Source: Candidatus Dormiibacterota bacterium (GTDB lineage: Bacteria; Chloroflexota; Dormibacteria; Aeolococcales; Aeolococcaceae). Taken from it: DNA of 64,000 nt. Position numbers and translations under genes: made by a program. The notes beneath the pieces were generated by a model, which saw only the letters and a program-made list of their open reading frames with translations, was not told the DNA's origin and ran no database searches. The stretch's first letter is position 1; each line of letters opens with the position of its first letter. Shown here in pieces: positions 1 to 11,361 of the stretch. The stretch covers positions 128,001-192,000 of the forward strand of contig CAVPXI010000007.1 of assembly GCA_963709585.1 (NCBI GenBank). Direction: 5' to 3'.

Positions 1-1
1 G

Positions 2-1492
2 ACCGGCCCCAAGTTCGTCGATGGCCTGCCGGTCGAAGGAACCTTCCGCGCCCATCAGGTCCCGCTCGACAACGTGCGCACCAACCCCGCCCACCTCGCC
101 CAGCTCGAGGAGTGGATGCGCAGCTATCGACCCGACGAGCTCTTCGACAGTGGGGGCGTACCCGTCGACGCAGTGACCTCACTCCGGCCGCGCGGCGACA
201 AGCGTATGGGCGCATCTGCGTATGCCAATGGCGGAAGGCTGCTCCGCCCCCTGCAGCTTCCCGCATTCACTGACTACGCGATGCCGGTCGATCCTGGAGT
301 CACCGTCGCGGAGTCGACACGGCGGCTCGGTGAGTGGATTCGCGACATCTACCGCGACAATCCAGACAACTTTCGCCTCTTCTGCCCGGACGAGACCAAC
401 AGCAACCGGCTTGGCGCAGTGTTCGACATCGAGACCCGCTGCTTCGAGGAAGCGACCATCCCGATCGACGATCATGTCAGCGCCGGGGGGCGCGTGATGG
501 AGGTGCTGTCGGAGCACCTCTGTGAAGGCTGGCTCGAGGGATACCTGCTCACCGGCAGGCACGGGTTGTTCGCGACCTACGAGGCATTCGCGATGGTCTC
601 CGCGTCGATGACCGTCCAGCACGCGAAGTGGCTCGAGGCAGCGCGCGGACTCCACTGGCGTGAACCGGTCGCGGCGCTGAACGTGCTGCTGACGTCTACG
701 TGCTGGCGCAACGACCACAACGGTTTCAGCCACCAGGGACCGGGCCTCATCGACACCGTGATGGCCATGAGCGGTGACGTGGTCCGCGTATATCTGCCAC
801 CGGACGCGAACTGCCTGCTCTCGGTCGCGGATCACTGCCTCACCAGTCGCAACTACGTAAACCTGATCGTCATCGACAAGCAGCCGGAGCTGCAGTACCT
901 GTCGATGGACGAGGCGATCAAGCACTGCGCTCGTGGCGCGTCGACCTGGGCATGGGCGTCAAACCGCGGTGAGGGCGAGCCCGACGTGGTGCTCGGCTGC
1001 GCCGGCGACATCCCGACACTGGAAACGCTCGGCGCTGCCGCTCTGCTTCGCGAGCACGTGCCCGATCTGCGCTTCCGCGTGGTCAACGTCGTGGACCTGC
1101 TGGCGATGAGTTCCGCGCCGTTCCACCCGCACGCGCTGAGTCCCGAGAGCTTCGCCGAGCTGTTCACCGATGACGTTGACGTGGTGATGGCGTTTCACGG
1201 GTATGCGAGAGCCTTCCACCAGGTCGTGCACGGCCGGCCGAACGCCGCTCGCTTCCATGTGCGTGGGTACAACGAGCACGGCACGACCACCACGCCGTTC
1301 GACATGGTCGTGCTCAACGAGATGAGCCGCTACCACCTCGCCATGGAGGCGCTGCGCCGCTCAGGGCGCACTCCCGCCGGCGCCGCCGAGCTGAACGAGT
1401 ACTGCGCCGCTCAGCTGCGGCGGCACCACGCGTACGTTCGTGAGCATTTCGAGGACATGCCCGAGATCCGTGAGTGGCGGTGGCCCGGATGA
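2..1492 (+). CDS. xfp: Phosphoketolase (xylulose-5-P/fructose-6-P), C-terminal part; 5' end lies outside the window
   Basis: Frame open from base 2 (TGPKFVDGLPVEGTFRAHQVPL); motifs CPDETNSNRL, EVLSEHLCEGWLEGYLLTGRHG, WRNDHNGFSHQGPG, EHGTTTTPFDM; adjacent to ackA. Confidence 0.96.
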   Translation, partial: TGPKFVDGLPVEGTFRAHQVPLDNVRTNPAHLAQLEEWMRSYRPDELFDSGGVPVDAVTSLRPRGDKRMGASAYANGGRLLRPLQLPAFTDYAMPVDPGVTVAESTRRLGEWIRDIYRDNPDNFRLFCPDETNSNRLGAVFDIETRCFEEATIPIDDHVSAGGRVMEVLSEHLCEGWLEGYLLTGRHGLFATYEAFAMVSASMTVQHAKWLEAARGLHWREPVAALNVLLTSTCWRNDHNGFSHQGPGLIDTVMAMSGDVVRVYLPPDANCLLSVADHCLTSRNYVNLIVIDKQPELQYLSMDEAIKHCARGASTWAWASNRGEGEPDVVLGCAGDIPTLETLGAAALLREHVPDLRFRVVNVVDLLAMSSAPFHPHALSPESFAELFTDDVDVVMAFHGYARAFHQVVHGRPNAARFHVRGYNEHGTTTTPFDMVVLNEMSRYHLAMEALRRSGRTPAGAAELNEYCAAQLRRHHAYVREHFEDMPEIREWRWPG

Positions 1493-1527
1493 GGGCGGCC
1501 AACTCGCGAACCGCCCCGGGCTGAGCG

Positions 1528-2601
1528 ATGCGCATCCTCGCCGTCAATGCGGGCTCGAGCAGCCTGAAGCTGAGCGTGGTCGACGGCAATGACCGGATCG
1601 AGGACGAGCAGCAGACCGACGGCGATGCCGATCCCATCGCCGCCCTGCGCGACTTCGCCGCGCGGGTGGGCGATGTCGACGCGGTCGCCCACAGGCTGGT
1701 GCATGGCGGGGCGGCTGTCCGGCACGCGACCCTGGTCGATGATGCGGTGCGTCAGCAGCTCGATGCGGCGATCGAGCTTGCGCCGCTCCATGTGCCACCC
1801 GCGCTCGCGCTCCTCGACGCGGCGCGCGCGGCAATCGACCGTCCCCAGATCGTCTGCGTCGACACCGCGTTTCACGCGGGTATCCCGGAGTTCGCGACGA
1901 CGTACGCGGTGCCGGCGCACTGGCGCGCGTGGGGAGTACGCCGCTACGGTTTCCATGGCCTCTCGTACGCGTGGTCGAGCCGGCGCAGCGCGGAATTGCT
2001 GCATCGGCCGGTCGACGGGTTGCATGTCGTGATCGCGCACATCGGGTCCGGGGTCTCCGCGTGCGCGGTCCGCGACGGACGTAGTGCGGACACGAGCATG
2101 GGGTTCACGCCGCTCGAAGGCGCGGTGATGGCGTCGCGCAGCGGCACCATTGACCCGGGCGCGCTGCTCTGGCTCCAGGATTACCACGGGGTCACGGTCG
2201 GGGCGATGACCAGATCACTCGAGCACGGGAGCGGGCTCTTCGGCCTCTGCGGCATGTCCGACGTGCGCGATGTCGAGCGTGAGGCCGCACTCGGCAATGC
2301 GGCATGCATAGCAGCCCTGGACGTGTACGTCCACGTGCTCAGCCGCGTCATCGGCGGTCTCGCCACATCGCTCGACCGCATCGACGCGCTGGTATTCACC
2401 GGCGGGGTGGGTGAGCACTCGGCGTTGATCCGCAACAGGGTGTGCTCCCGACTCAGCCTGCTCGGCCTCCCCGAGGCGCTGAGTCCAGCCGACGGCGACG
2501 CCGTCATCGGACCCGCGGGCCGGCGCCCGGCTGTTGTTGTGGTGACCGCTCGTGAGGATGCGGAGATGGCGCGTGAGGCGCGCCAGGTGCTGGGCGGGTA
2601 G
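1528..2601 (+). CDS. ackA: Acetate kinase
   Basis: ILAVNAGSSSLK, HRLVHGG, APLH, DTAFH, RRYGFHGLSY, TSMGFTPLEG, FTGGVGE. Confidence 0.95.
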   Translation: MRILAVNAGSSSLKLSVVDGNDRIEDEQQTDGDADPIAALRDFAARVGDVDAVAHRLVHGGAAVRHATLVDDAVRQQLDAAIELAPLHVPPALALLDAARAAIDRPQIVCVDTAFHAGIPEFATTYAVPAHWRAWGVRRYGFHGLSYAWSSRRSAELLHRPVDGLHVVIAHIGSGVSACAVRDGRSADTSMGFTPLEGAVMASRSGTIDPGALLWLQDYHGVTVGAMTRSLEHGSGLFGLCGMSDVRDVEREAALGNAACIAALDVYVHVLSRVIGGLATSLDRIDALVFTGGVGEHSALIRNRVCSRLSLLGLPEALSPADGDAVIGPAGRRPAVVVVTAREDAEMAREARQVLGG

Positions 2602-2641
2602 TCCGCGACGCGGGGTTGGGCTACCGCTATGCTCCGCCGTC

Positions 2642-3271
2642 ATGGCCGACTGGGTGACGATCTCCGCGCTCGCGACCGCCGGCGGAACCCTCGTCCTCGC
2701 GGTGGCCACGTTCTCATCGGTCCGCTCGGCCAACCGCGCCGCGCGCGCGGCGGAGCGGTCGCTGCTCGCCGGGTTGCGTCCCGTGCTCATGGCGTCGCGC
2801 CTTCAGGATCCGCCGCAGAAGGTGTCGTTCTTCGACCAGCACTGGGTGACCATCGAGGGCGGCCACGCGGCGTTCGAGGTCAGTCCGCAGGCGATCTACC
2901 TCGTCATCGGCCTTCGCAATGCCGGTTCCGGCATCGCCGTGCTCCACGGCTGGTACTTCTACCCCGAGCGCATCGCCGGTGCCGAACCGGCGGACACCAA
3001 AGACTTTCGCCGCCTCACCCGTGACATCTACGTTCCCGCCGGAGACACCGGCTTCTGGCAGGGCGCGTTTCGCGACCCCAACGAGCCGGTGTTCGCGGCG
3101 GCCCGGGACGCGGCGACATCAGCCCGACCGGTCACGATCGATCTGCTCTACGGAGACCACGAGGGCGGGCAGCGAATGATCAGCCGCTTCGCCCTGTCGT
3201 CGACGCCGAGCGGTGCGTGGCTAGCGACCGTTGGACGGCACTGGAACCTCGACCGGCCCAACCCTCGCTAG
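2642..3271 (+). CDS. Hypothetical protein with N-terminal membrane anchor
   Basis: ATG at 2642 (MADWVTISALATAGGTLVLAVATF, hydrophobic), then a globular region with typical coding bias. Confidence 0.75.
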   Translation: MADWVTISALATAGGTLVLAVATFSSVRSANRAARAAERSLLAGLRPVLMASRLQDPPQKVSFFDQHWVTIEGGHAAFEVSPQAIYLVIGLRNAGSGIAVLHGWYFYPERIAGAEPADTKDFRRLTRDIYVPAGDTGFWQGAFRDPNEPVFAAARDAATSARPVTIDLLYGDHEGGQRMISRFALSSTPSGAWLATVGRHWNLDRPNPR

Positions 3272-3354
3272 CGCCGCAGGCATGGCTCGCAGTCGCGCTT
3301 TCCTGGTCGACGATGCGACACGCACCTGTCGTCCACGGCGTCCAGTGTGTGGCT

Positions 3355-3750
3355 ATGACCTACACCGTCGACGACGCCCGCGCCTATATCGCCACGGTGC
3401 GCTGGCAGTTCGCTAAAACCATGCCGCAGTGGCCCCACGAGTACACGGTCCTGCAGTGGCGGCAGGACCTCGAACCCGAGTTCCGGGCGTTCGTCGCGTT
3501 GATTCGCACCGAGGGAGCCATCAAGCCGTGGCCTCGCGACTCCGGAAACCCCCGCTATCACCACACCTATCTGGAATTGGGGGAGTGGGAGTACTGGACG
3601 ATGGGGGAGCCCGTCGATGAGACCACGCTGATCAACCGCGCGCTGCTACCGGGAGTCGGTCTCGGCGTCGACGTCCTGCCCACGCGTCAAGAAGAGCGCC
3701 ACGGCCAGGACGAGAATGACCGCAGCATTGGTTCCGAGTTCCAGCAATGA
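3355..3750 (+). CDS. Conserved hypothetical protein (FAKTMP..PHEY motif)
   Basis: MTYTVDDARAYIATVRWQFAKTMPQWPHEY...YWTMG...INRA; 3' end overlaps the convergent PsiE-like gene. Confidence 0.65.
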   Translation: MTYTVDDARAYIATVRWQFAKTMPQWPHEYTVLQWRQDLEPEFRAFVALIRTEGAIKPWPRDSGNPRYHHTYLELGEWEYWTMGEPVDETTLINRALLPGVGLGVDVLPTRQEERHGQDENDRSIGSEFQQ

Positions 3751-4201
3751 CTGCGTAATGGGTGTCGCTCCGGTGGTTGATCCGGAGGACAGGGTGAGCC
3801 GAGTTCGAGACCGCCAGAATGTCTCGGACAGCGGCGATGATCCCGATGACCAGAAAGGGTCGAAACGGAAACCCCCACCCCTCGAGATGGGTGAGAACAG
3901 TCCGCATGATGTCGACGAGGATGATGACCACGAGCACCCCGTCGATAGCGCTGATCAGGGACTGCGTGTAGTTGGGCGCTGCCGCATTGAGCGACGTCAC
4001 GAAGGTGATGAAACTTCGTACCAGCACCACCGCCGCGAGCACCAGCAGCACGACGGCGACGCCGTACTGGACGAGGTCGATGAAGATCCGGAGCGGCGTC
4101 CCCCGGCGTATTTCCGGCCACGACCAGACGCCACCGCCTTCACCCGCTCCTCTCTCAATCAGCGGCGTCTCGGTGGGGCTAGCACCCGGCTCAGTGGCCA
4201 T
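3646..4201 (-). CDS. PsiE-family membrane protein (apparent +1 frameshift near 3804)
   Basis: IDGVLVVIILVDIMRTV...PFLVIGIIAAVRDIL; removing one base at 3804 restores a final TM helix LLELGTNAAVILVLAVALFL ending at TAG 3646-3648. Confidence 0.8.
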
Positions 4202-4306
4202 ACAGTGCGGATCAGTCTAGGGCGACGAGGAGTGATTGAGTGCGAATCTTCGAGCCAATCCGTGATCGCCCGTGCGCGAAGCTCATCATGCGGCAAACTG
4301 ACTGAC

Positions 4307-4702
4307 GTGACCCTGAGCGCGCTCAACCCACCTGCACTCCCGACCCCGACAGGCTATTCACAGGTCGTCGTCGCCACGGGCTCGCGCATGATCTTCGTTG
4401 CAGGACAGGTGTCGCTAGACCGCGAGGGCAACCTCGTAGCACCCGGCGATGCGGTCGGACAGGCGCGGCAGGCATTCGCGAATTTCAGAACCGCGGTCGA
4501 GGCCGCGGGGGCGTCGATCGAAGACGTGACCAAGATCACCTGGTATGTGGTGGGATATCGCTCGGAGCTGCTTCCCGAGCTCGCGGCCGCCCGCAACGAG
4601 GTGTTTGAAGGGCATGCCCCCGCAAGCACGCTCGTGGGGGTGAGCGTCCTTGCCCAACCTCAGTTTCTGGTAGAAGTCGAAGGCATCGCCGTCGTCGATT
4701 AA
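4307..4702 (+). CDS. RidA/YjgF family protein
   Basis: GTG start; PTGYSQVV...IFVAGQV...QARQAFAN...PASTLVGVSVLAQPQFLVEVEGIAV. Confidence 0.9.
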   Translation: MTLSALNPPALPTPTGYSQVVVATGSRMIFVAGQVSLDREGNLVAPGDAVGQARQAFANFRTAVEAAGASIEDVTKITWYVVGYRSELLPELAAARNEVFEGHAPASTLVGVSVLAQPQFLVEVEGIAVVD

Positions 4703-4707
4703 ACTAA

Positions 4708-4738
4708 GAGACACGTCCCGACGAGCGGAACGTGTCTC
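4708..4738. terminator. Hairpin between convergent genes
   Basis: GAGACACGT...ACGTGTCTC inverted repeat just after the RidA stop codon. Confidence 0.55.
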
Positions 4739-4766
4739 CTCAAAGAGGTCTGCGGGAACCTATCCC

Positions 4767-4922
4767 TCAGTAGTAATGGCGCCGGCCGCCCACTGCATGC
4801 CCAGCCATCCCGAGCAGTTCGAGCACCACTCCGATGACGATCAGAATGACACCAATGGTCACCAGGATCGGGATCGCGGCCAGCAGCCCGATGATGAGCA
4901 AAACAATGCCAAGAATGATCAT
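4767..4922 (-). CDS. Small membrane protein, 51 aa (DUF6131-like); absent from the ORF track
   Basis: MIILGIVLLIIGLLAAIPILVTIGVILIVIGVVLELLGMAGHAVGGRRHYY*; AGGAGG RBS upstream. Confidence 0.85.
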   Translation of the reverse strand: MIILGIVLLIIGLLAAIPILVTIGVILIVIGVVLELLGMAGHAVGGRRHYY

Positions 4923-4974
4923 GCGTCGCCTCCTGTGATTGCCAAATTCATGCGTTCAGGTCCGGAACCGATGG

Positions 4975-5193
4975 TCAGATCGGACGATCGTCGATGGTCG
5001 TCACATCAGTTCTGCGGGAACCGACTCCGCCCCAGGACGACCAGAACATCAGCGACAGGATGATGCCGAGCGCGCCGACCCCCATCAGGATGTAGCCGAT
5101 GGTGTGAAGGTCGACGCCGTTGGCGGTCACGTGGATCGCGAACGCCAGCACGGCTCCAACCGCGATCAGGAAGATGCCCACTCCAAGGCCCAT
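4975..5193 (-). CDS. Small two-TM protein (DUF6458-like)
   Basis: MGLGVGIFLIAVGAVLAFAI...VDLHTIGYILMGVGALG; AAGGAGG RBS. Confidence 0.85.
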   Translation of the reverse strand: MGLGVGIFLIAVGAVLAFAIHVTANGVDLHTIGYILMGVGALGIILSLMFWSSWGGVGSRRTDVTTIDDRPI

Positions 5194-5403
5194 CGAAAGT
5201 ACCTCCTTGCTCCCTAGCTGGTCTCTCAGCTAGCTTGTTATCACCGGTGTAGGTGATGTGGATATTGATACTATCACATATGACATCAAATCCACGGTAG
5301 GATTGCCCATGGCCGCTGCGAGCGCCAAGGCCCAGGCACCGCCGGTATGGCATGGTCGCAACCCCACCTCCCGCGGCACCGGGACAGCCGCAAGCCCGAC
5401 CGG

Positions 5404-6837
5404 CTACGGGAGCCGCACCACCCCGGTGAGATACGCGTCGCAGCTGCGAGCCGCGGCGCGACCGTCCGCAATCGCCCAGACGATCAACGAGGCACCGCGG
5501 ACCGCATCCCCGGCGGCGAACACGCCGGGGGTGCTGCAGGCAAACGCCTCGTCCACGGCAACGTTGCCGGCACGATCGAACGTCACCGACAGCTCATCGA
5601 GCAACGTCGATCGCTTTGGTCCGTCGTAGCCGATCGCAACCAGGACGAGGTCGGCGTCGATGTGCACCTCCTCACCGGGCAAGGCAACGAAGGTGCGGTT
5701 CCCGTTCTCGCGGCGCGCCTCGACGCGAGTGGCGTGGACGCCTCGCACCGCGCCATGCTCGCCCTCGAATCCGGTGACCATCAGGCCGAATTCGCGTGAG
5801 CCTCCCTCGTCGTGGGCGGGGTAGGTGCGCAGGATCAACGGCCACTGTGGCCACGGAGTTTCGTCCGGTCGCGTGTTGGGTGGTTGCGCATAGATGTACA
5901 GCTGCTGCACGTCGGTGCACTGCTCGCGGATCACATTGCCAAGGCAGTCGGCGCCGGTATCGCCACCGCCGATGATGATCACCTTTCGCCCCTGCGCGGT
6001 GATTGCGGGTTGCGCGTCGACGCGCTCGCCGGCGACCCTCCGGTTCTGCTGCACCAGGTAGTCCATCGCGAAATGAACCCCCTGCAGCTCGCGTCCGGGG
6101 ACGCCGACATCGCGCGGTCGATCGGCACCGACCCCGAGCACCACCGCATCGAAACGCTCGCGCAACTTCTCGGCGGTCACGTCGACGCCGATGTCGTATC
6201 CGGTCTCGAAGATGATGCCCTCCGCCTCGAGCAGATCGATGCGCCGGTCGAGGACCCACTTCTCCATCTTGAAGTCGGGGATCCCGTACCGGAGGAGGCC
6301 ACCGATGCGGTCGGAGCGCTCGAACACGGTCACGCGGTGGCCGGCGCGGTTGAGCTGCTGTGCCGCGGCGAGTCCGGCGGGCCCGGATCCGATGACGGCG
6401 ACGCGCCGCCCGGTGCGGTGCGCGGGCGGCTCGGCGCGGATCCATCCTTCGTCGAAGGCCCGATCGATGATGGACTGTTCGATCTGCTTGATCGCGACCG
6501 GGTCATCGTTGATGGCGAGCACGCATGCCGGTTCGCATGGCGCGGGGCAGAGACGCCCGGTGAACTCCGGGAAGTTGTTGGTGGCGTGGAGGCGCTCCAC
6601 CGCACCCTTCCAGTCATCGCGGAAGACGAGGTCGTTCCATTCGGGGATGAGATTGCCGAGCGGACATCCGTGGTGGCAGAACGCGACCCCGCAGTCCATG
6701 CACCGCGACCCCTGGTCGCGCAACACCTGTAGCGGGAGCGGCAGGTAGACCTCGCGGTAGTCGCCGATGCGTTCGGCAACCGGTCGCTTGTGGGCGGTGT
6801 GCCGCGTGTGCTCGAGGAACCCGGTGCGCGCCGGCAT
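5404..6837 (-). CDS. gltD: Glutamate synthase small subunit
   Basis: RCMDCGVAFCHHGCPLGN, NNFPEFTGRLCPAPCE, GSGPAGLAAA, GGGDTGADC, GDAVRGASLIVWAI. Confidence 0.97.
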   Translation of the reverse strand: MPARTGFLEHTRHTAHKRPVAERIGDYREVYLPLPLQVLRDQGSRCMDCGVAFCHHGCPLGNLIPEWNDLVFRDDWKGAVERLHATNNFPEFTGRLCPAPCEPACVLAINDDPVAIKQIEQSIIDRAFDEGWIRAEPPAHRTGRRVAVIGSGPAGLAAAQQLNRAGHRVTVFERSDRIGGLLRYGIPDFKMEKWVLDRRIDLLEAEGIIFETGYDIGVDVTAEKLRERFDAVVLGVGADRPRDVGVPGRELQGVHFAMDYLVQQNRRVAGERVDAQPAITAQGRKVIIIGGGDTGADCLGNVIREQCTDVQQLYIYAQPPNTRPDETPWPQWPLILRTYPAHDEGGSREFGLMVTGFEGEHGAVRGVHATRVEARRENGNRTFVALPGEEVHIDADLVLVAIGYDGPKRSTLLDELSVTFDRAGNVAVDEAFACSTPGVFAAGDAVRGASLIVWAIADGRAAARSCDAYLTGVVRLP

Positions 6838-9800
6838 CAGCTCACCAATTGGAGTTGGGCGCGAAGCGCGCGACGATATTCTTCCGGCATCACCTTCACG
6901 AAGTGCTCGCGCTCCTGAGCCCAGCCGCGGAGCAATCGCATGGCCACTGTGCTCCCGGTGAGCCCGGCATGCTGCTCGAGCAGTCCACGAACCAGCTCAT
7001 GATCATCGACACCGAGCGGCTCGAGAGCCACCGACGCCCGATTGCAGCGCTCGGCAAACTGACGTTCCGCGTCCAGCACGTACGCAACCCCACCACTCAT
7101 CCCTGCGGCGAAGTTCCGCCCGGTCGCGCCGAGCACGAGCACCGTACCTCCCGTCATGTACTCGCACCCGTGATCCCCAACTCCCTCGACCACCGCAACC
7201 GCTCCAGAGTTGCGCACGCAGAAGCGCTCGCCCGCCACGCCGCGAATGAAGGCCTCCCCGGAGGTTGCGCCATACAGCGCAACGTTGCCGATGATGATGT
7301 TCTCCTCGGCTCGTCGCATTGAGGCTTGCGGTGGCAGGATGACGAGCCGGCCGCCGGAGAGTCCCTTGCCGACGTAGTCATTTGCCTCACCGCGAAGGGT
7401 CAGGGTGACCCCGTGCGCGAGCCAGGCGCCGAACGATTGCCCAGCGGCACCATCCAGCTCGACGTCGACGGTGCCGTCGGGAAGACCCGCCGCGCCGTAT
7501 CGGCGCGCGATCTCACCGCTGAGCATCGCCCCGACGCAGCGATGCACATTGCGCACGGCAAGCCGCAAGCGCACCGGCGCGCCGCTCTCGAGCGAGTCGC
7601 GGCAGTGGGCGATGAGCTCGTTGTCGAGCATGTCACCGAGATCGGCGGTCTGATGACTGCTGTGCCGGCGGTCCTCCGGGGAATCCACCTCGGGCACCAT
7701 CAGCAAGGGCTGGAGATCGAGGCCTCGCGCCTTCCAGTGGTCCACCGCGGGATTCGCCTCGATGAGATCGACGCGGCCGATCATGTCCTCGAAGCGGCGG
7801 AATCCGAGCCGCGACATCCAGCGCCTTACGTCCTCGGCGAGGAAGAGCATGAAGGCAACGACGTGCTCGGGGCGACCCGCGAACCTGGCGCGCAGCACGG
7901 GGTCCTGGGTGGCGATCCCGACCGGGCAGGTGTTGAGATGGCAGACGCGCATCATCACGCAGCCCGCCGCGATCAGCGGCGCAGTCGCGAACGCGAACTC
8001 GTCGGCGCCGAGGAGCGCCCCAACCACGACATCGCGTCCGGTCTTCATCTGACCGTCGGCCAGGAGCGTGACCCGGCTGCGAAGCCTCTGCCGGGTCAGG
8101 ACTTGCTGCGCTTCGGCGAGCCCAAGCTCCCACGGCACCCCCGCGTGCTTGATCGCGGTCAGCGGCGACGCGCCGGTACCGCCCTCGTAGCCGGCGATGA
8201 CGATGTGATCGGCGCGCGCCTTGGCCACACCTGCGGCCACCGTGCCGACCCCTGCCTCGGCAACGAGCTTCACGCTGATCCGCGCGTCGGGATTGACGCA
8301 GCGCAGGTCCCAGATGAGCTGTGCAAGGTCCTCGATCGAATAGATGTCGTGGTGCGGCGGCGGAGAGATAAGGCCCACGCCGGGCGTGGAATGGCGGAGG
8401 AGAGCGATCGCGTCATCCACCTTGAATCCGGGCAATTGACCGCCCTCACCAGGCTTGGCCCCCTGCGCGATCTTGATCTGCAGCTCGTCCGCGTTCACGA
8501 GGTAATGGGCGGTGACGCCGAAGCGCGCCGAGGCCACCTGCTTGATCGCGCTCCGCCGCCAGTCGCCGTTGGCATCCGGCTCGAAGCGCGCGGAGTCCTC
8601 TCCTCCCTCGCCGGTGTTGGATCGAGCTCCAATGCGGTTCATCGCGATCGCGAGCAGCTCGTGCGCCTCCTTGCCGAGCGAGCCGTGCGACATGCCTCCG
8701 GTCGAGAAGCGGCGGACAATCTCCAGCGCCGGCTCGACCTCATCCAGGGGCACGGGAGCAGGCGACTCGTGGAGCACGAAGAGGCCGCGCAGGTTCTTCA
8801 ACCGGCGCGACTCGTCATCGGCGAGCGCGACGTACCGTCGAAACGCCGGCTCGTCATTGGCCTTGACCGCGTGCTGGAGCGCGCCGATCACCTCGGGATT
8901 CCATTGATGCAGCTCACCGTCGCGGCGCCATCGGTACTCGCCGCGGTCCTCCAGGGTCGGGGGCGTGACCCGCACGTCCGGGAACGCTCGCTGGTGGCGC
9001 GCGATCGCCTCGGCGGCGATCACGTCGATGCCGATGCCGCCGATGCGCGAGGGGGTATTCGGGAAGTAGCGATCGACGACGGTCCGGTTGATGCCGAGAC
9101 ACTCGAAGATCTGCGCGCTGCAGTACGACTGGATCGTCGAGATGCCCATGCGCGCGATGGTCTTGCGCAGCCCCTTGACGAGTGCCTGAAGGTAGAGTTC
9201 CTCGGCGCGCGCGGCGTCGACCGTCGGAGGCATCAGGTCGCGGCGCGCGATGTCAGCGATCGTCTCGAATGCGAGGTACGGGTTGACCGCCTCGGCGCCG
9301 TAGCCGATCAGCAGCGCGAGGTGCATCACCTCGCGCGCTTCGCCGGTCTCGATCACCAGGCCGACGCCGGTGCGCGTCTGCTCGCGGACCAGATGCTGGT
9401 GCACCGCGGCCGTGGCGAGGAGCGACGGGATGGGCACGTGCGAGGCGTCGATATGCCGGTCGCTGAGGATCAGCACGGTGGCGCCGGCCTCGATCTGCTT
9501 CGAGGCAAGCCTGCAGATGCGCTCGATGCCGGCAACCAATCCCGGCCGCGCCGGCGTCACGATGGAAGACCATCGAGATCGTCTCCGCGGGGAACTGGCG
9601 CTGGGTCACGTGCCGGAGCTTCTCCAGGTCGTGGTTGGTGAGCACCGGGTGGGGCATCTCGAGCCGCTTTGCCTGTGCCGGCCCCTGCTCGAGAAGGTTC
9701 CCTCCGGCGCCGAGGGTGGTCACCAGCGACATCACCGCCTGCTCGCGAATGGGGTCGATCGGCGGGTTGGTGACCTGCGCGAACAGCTGTTTGAAGTAGT

Positions 9801-11361
9801 TGAAGAGGGGCAGCGGCCGGTCGCTGAGCACGGCGAGCGGCGTGTCATTGCCCATCGATCCGACAGCCTCCTCACCGGTCTCGCCCATCGGCTCGAGTAG
9901 GATCTCGAGGTCCTCGACGCTGTAGCCGAATGCCTGCTGGCGCACCAGGAGCGTGCCCGGATCCGGCGCCGGCACGTGGTCGGGAGGATCGAGCTCGTCG
10001 AGGTGGACGGTGCCCGCGCGAATCCACTCGCTGTACGGCTGCGCCGCGCTGAGCCCGCTCTTGACGGCGGTGTCATCGAGAATTCGCCCGGCGGCGGTGT
10101 CGACGAGCAAGAGCCGCCCGGGCTCCAATCGCCACTTCCGGGCGATCTGTTCCTCGGGGAGATCGAGCACCCCCGCCTCCGACGCCATCACCACGAGACC
10201 GTCTTCGGTGACGAGATATCGGGCAGGGCGCAACCCGTTGCGGTCGAGCGTCGCGCCGATCACACGCCCATCGGTGAACGCGATAGCCGCCGGTCCATCC
10301 CAGGGCTCGAGCAGCGAGCTGTGAAACTCGTAGAAGGCGCGCCGCTGGTCATCCATCAACGGGTTGTGGTGCCACGCCTCCGGGATCATCATCATCACCG
10401 CGTGCTCGATCGACCGGCCGCTCCTCGCGAGCAGCTCGAGGGCGTTGTCGAACTGCGAGGAATCCGAGCCCGACTCGTCGAGCACGGGCATCAGCTTCGC
10501 GATATCGTCGCCGAAGTGCGGGCTGCGGAACTTCGACTGGCGCGCGCGCATCCAGTTGACGTTGCCGCGAAGCGTGTTGATCTCGCCGTTGTGGGCCGAC
10601 ATCCGGAAGGGCTGGGCCAGGTCCCAGCGGGGCAGGACGTTGGTGGAAAAGCGCGCGTGGACCAGCGCTATCGTCGAGGTCACGCGCCGATCGATCAGGT
10701 CCGGGTAGAACCCCGCCAGCTGGGCCGCGGTGAGCATGCCCTTGTACACGAGGGTCCGGCTGGACAGGCTGCTCCAGTGAACACGATCACGGCCGATCCC
10801 GGCCGCCAGGCAGTCGCGCTCGATGATCCGCCGGAGAACCATGAGACGGCCCTCGAGCGCCGCACCCTCGAGGCCAATCGCGGCGACGAAGAGTTGGCGC
10901 AAAACCGGCAGCGCCATGCGAGCCGATCGCCCGAGAGCGTCGGGGACCACGGGCACGTCGCGCCAGCCGAGCAGGCGCAGACCTTCGGCTCGGCAGGCCT
11001 GCAGCGTGATGGTCTCGCACAGTGCTCGCTCGTCGGGGTCCTGCGGGAGCATCACCATGCCGACCCCGTATGCCCCAGGTGCAGGCAGCGACAACCCGGA
11101 GGTCTCGCGGAGGAAGGCGTCGGGCAGCTGGAGAAGGATGCCTGCTCCGTCGCCACTGTCCGGCTCGGCACCGGACGCGCCGCGATGGCCGAGATTGACG
11201 AGCGCCTGTACGCCCTGCTCGACCACCGAATGGATGGCGCCGCCGGCGATCCGAGCGACGAACGCCACCCCGCAGGCGTCGTGCTGGATGGCAGAGTCGA
11301 ACAGACCTCGATTCGGGGGGCGTTCGGTTAGCTGTTCGCCGATACGTGTGTAGCCTGACAT
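6837..11361 (-). CDS. gltB: Glutamate synthase large subunit (apparent +1 frameshift near 9540)
   Basis: HDACGVAF (catalytic Cys), [31 protein letters not shown] in ORF 9253..11433; [27 protein letters not shown] and GXGXG repeats in ORF 6837..9560; the two join after removing one base. Confidence 0.95.

Noticed and set aside
7326-9641. 771-aa plus-strand ORF and similar long ORFs (e.g. 9976..11331, 12895..14448, 62706..63770)
   Set aside because: Antisense shadows of gltB, ftsH and gdh caused by high-GC codon bias; no recognisable motifs
6837-11361. gltB and other split genes as true pseudogenes or programmed frameshifts
   Set aside because: All are single +1 events with no other decay, no slippery heptamers, and shared sequence context; sequencing error is more parsimonious
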